This document shows, piece by piece, positions 34,410 to 35,270 of a stretch of DNA of 35,270 bases. The stretch spans positions 1-35,270 of the forward strand of contig JBJKQV010000178.1 of assembly GCA_046704985.1 (NCBI GenBank). The letters run 5' to 3'. Position 1 is the first letter of the stretch. The number at the start of each line of letters is the position of its first letter. The DNA comes from Terriglobia bacterium. Lineage in GTDB: Bacteria > Acidobacteriota > Terriglobia > UBA7540. The position numbers were made by a program, and so were the translations under genes. Below the pieces are notes generated by a model. It saw only the letters and a program-made list of their open reading frames with translations. It searched no databases and was not told where the DNA came from.

Positions 34410-35270
34410 GTTTGCCGGCATTTGAAGTAGTGAGACCGAAGACGCTCGAGGCGGCGCTGGAAGCGTTGGCGCAGCACGGCCCGGCGGCGCAAGCCGTTGC
34501 GGGAGGCACCGATCTGATTCCCAGCATGAACCAGCGGCTCTTTGCGCCGCGCGTGCTGGTGGACCTGAAGCTCCTGCGCGAGCTCGACTACCTCCGCTAC
34601 GACGCCGGGCGCGGCCTGGAGATCGGCGCGCTCGCGACCATCACCTCGCTCGCCGAATCGCCGCTGCTCGCCGGGCATTTTCCGGTGCTGAGCGAGGCGG
34701 CGAAGACCATCGCCAGCCCGCTGCTGCGCAACATGGGCACGCTGGGCGGCAACCTCTGTCTCGACACGCGCTGTCTCTACTACAACCAGTCGGACTTCTG
34801 GCGCCAGTCGCTGGGTTACTGCCTGAAGAAAGACGGCACGGTCTGCCACGTGGCGCCGGGCGGCCAATTCTGCTGGGCGGTCTTTTCCGGCGACACGGCG
34901 CCGGCGCTGCTGACGCTGGGGGCGCGCGTGGAGCTGGCGGGGCCGCGCGGCCGGCGGGAGATTCCTCTTGAGGATTTCTACGTCAACGACGGCATCGTGC
35001 GCTTGAGCAAGGCCGCGGACGAATTGGTGACCGCGGTGCGCGTGCCCGCCTCGGCGGCGGACTGGCGGGGCGCTTATCGCAAGCTGCGCATTCGCCAGTC
35101 GATTGACTATCCGCTCGCCGGTGTGGCGGCGGCGATGCGTGTGGATTCGGGCGGCGTCTGCCTGGAAGCGCGCCTGGCGCTGACCGCCGTCAACCCCGCG
35201 CCGCGATTGGTCGCGGCGACCGAAAAATTGAGCGGCAAGACTTACGACCCGAAGCTCGTCGAGGAAGTGG
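34406..35270 (+). CDS. FAD-binding medium subunit of the molybdenum hydroxylase (HcrB/CoxM-like) with Cys-rich insert; 3' end outside window
   Basis: This ORF is not in the track because it has no stop in the window. ATG 34406 overlaps the large-subunit stop (ATGA). My translation is MSLPAFEVVRPKTLEAALEAL...AVAGGTDLIP...NMGTLGGNLCLDTRCLYYNQSDFWRQSLGYCLKKDGTVCHVAPGGQFCWAVFSGDTAPALL..., which is FAD_binding_5-type with an inserted Cys loop. Confidence 0.85.
   Translation, partial: MSLPAFEVVRPKTLEAALEALAQHGPAAQAVAGGTDLIPSMNQRLFAPRVLVDLKLLRELDYLRYDAGRGLEIGALATITSLAESPLLAGHFPVLSEAAKTIASPLLRNMGTLGGNLCLDTRCLYYNQSDFWRQSLGYCLKKDGTVCHVAPGGQFCWAVFSGDTAPALLTLGARVELAGPRGRREIPLEDFYVNDGIVRLSKAADELVTAVRVPASAADWRGAYRKLRIRQSIDYPLAGVAAAMRVDSGGVCLEARLALTAVNPAPRLVAATEKLSGKTYDPKLVEEV

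Overview
High-GC (about two thirds G+C) bacterial chromosomal window. The gene content looks like a soil Acidobacteria-type genome; this is an inference from the CarboxypepD_reg-type giant TonB-dependent receptor, not a proven assignment. I support 27 protein-coding genes plus a few regulatory or structural elements. All family calls come from reading motifs in the supplied translations; no database search was possible.

Locus 1 (about 1.6-15.0 kb) starts with an HpcH-type aldolase and a GntR/FCD regulator. Five consecutive genes with twin-arginine N-termini follow: two tandem paralogs of an unrecognisable, internally duplicated protein, two paralogous Asp-box propeller-like proteins, and a NanM-like Kelch protein. 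An opposite-strand enolase-superfamily acid-sugar dehydratase and an ACS-type MFS transporter complete it. This looks like an uncharacterised secreted-glycan / acid-sugar utilisation system.

Locus 2 (about 26.0-35.3 kb, running off the window) is a TetR-headed operon-like array. It holds three crotonases, a peptidase-C26 amidohydrolase, a compact BoxB-like diiron oxygenase, a rhodanese, and a three-subunit molybdenum hydroxylase in small-large-FAD order. The FAD subunit carries a Cys-rich insert like that of 4-hydroxybenzoyl-CoA reductase. It is therefore an unusual hybrid of 'aerobic box' and 'anaerobic benzoyl-CoA' pathway parts.

Between the two loci lie:
- a 52% GC non-coding island with an orphan tRNA-like 3' end
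- an M20 peptidase interrupted by an in-frame TAG
- a small membrane protein and the TonB-dependent receptor
- a membrane protein
- an SDR plus GH15 pair

I saw no rRNA, intact tRNA, CRISPR array, transposase or prophage genes. Most of the long overlapping or antisense ORFs in the track are high-GC artefacts.
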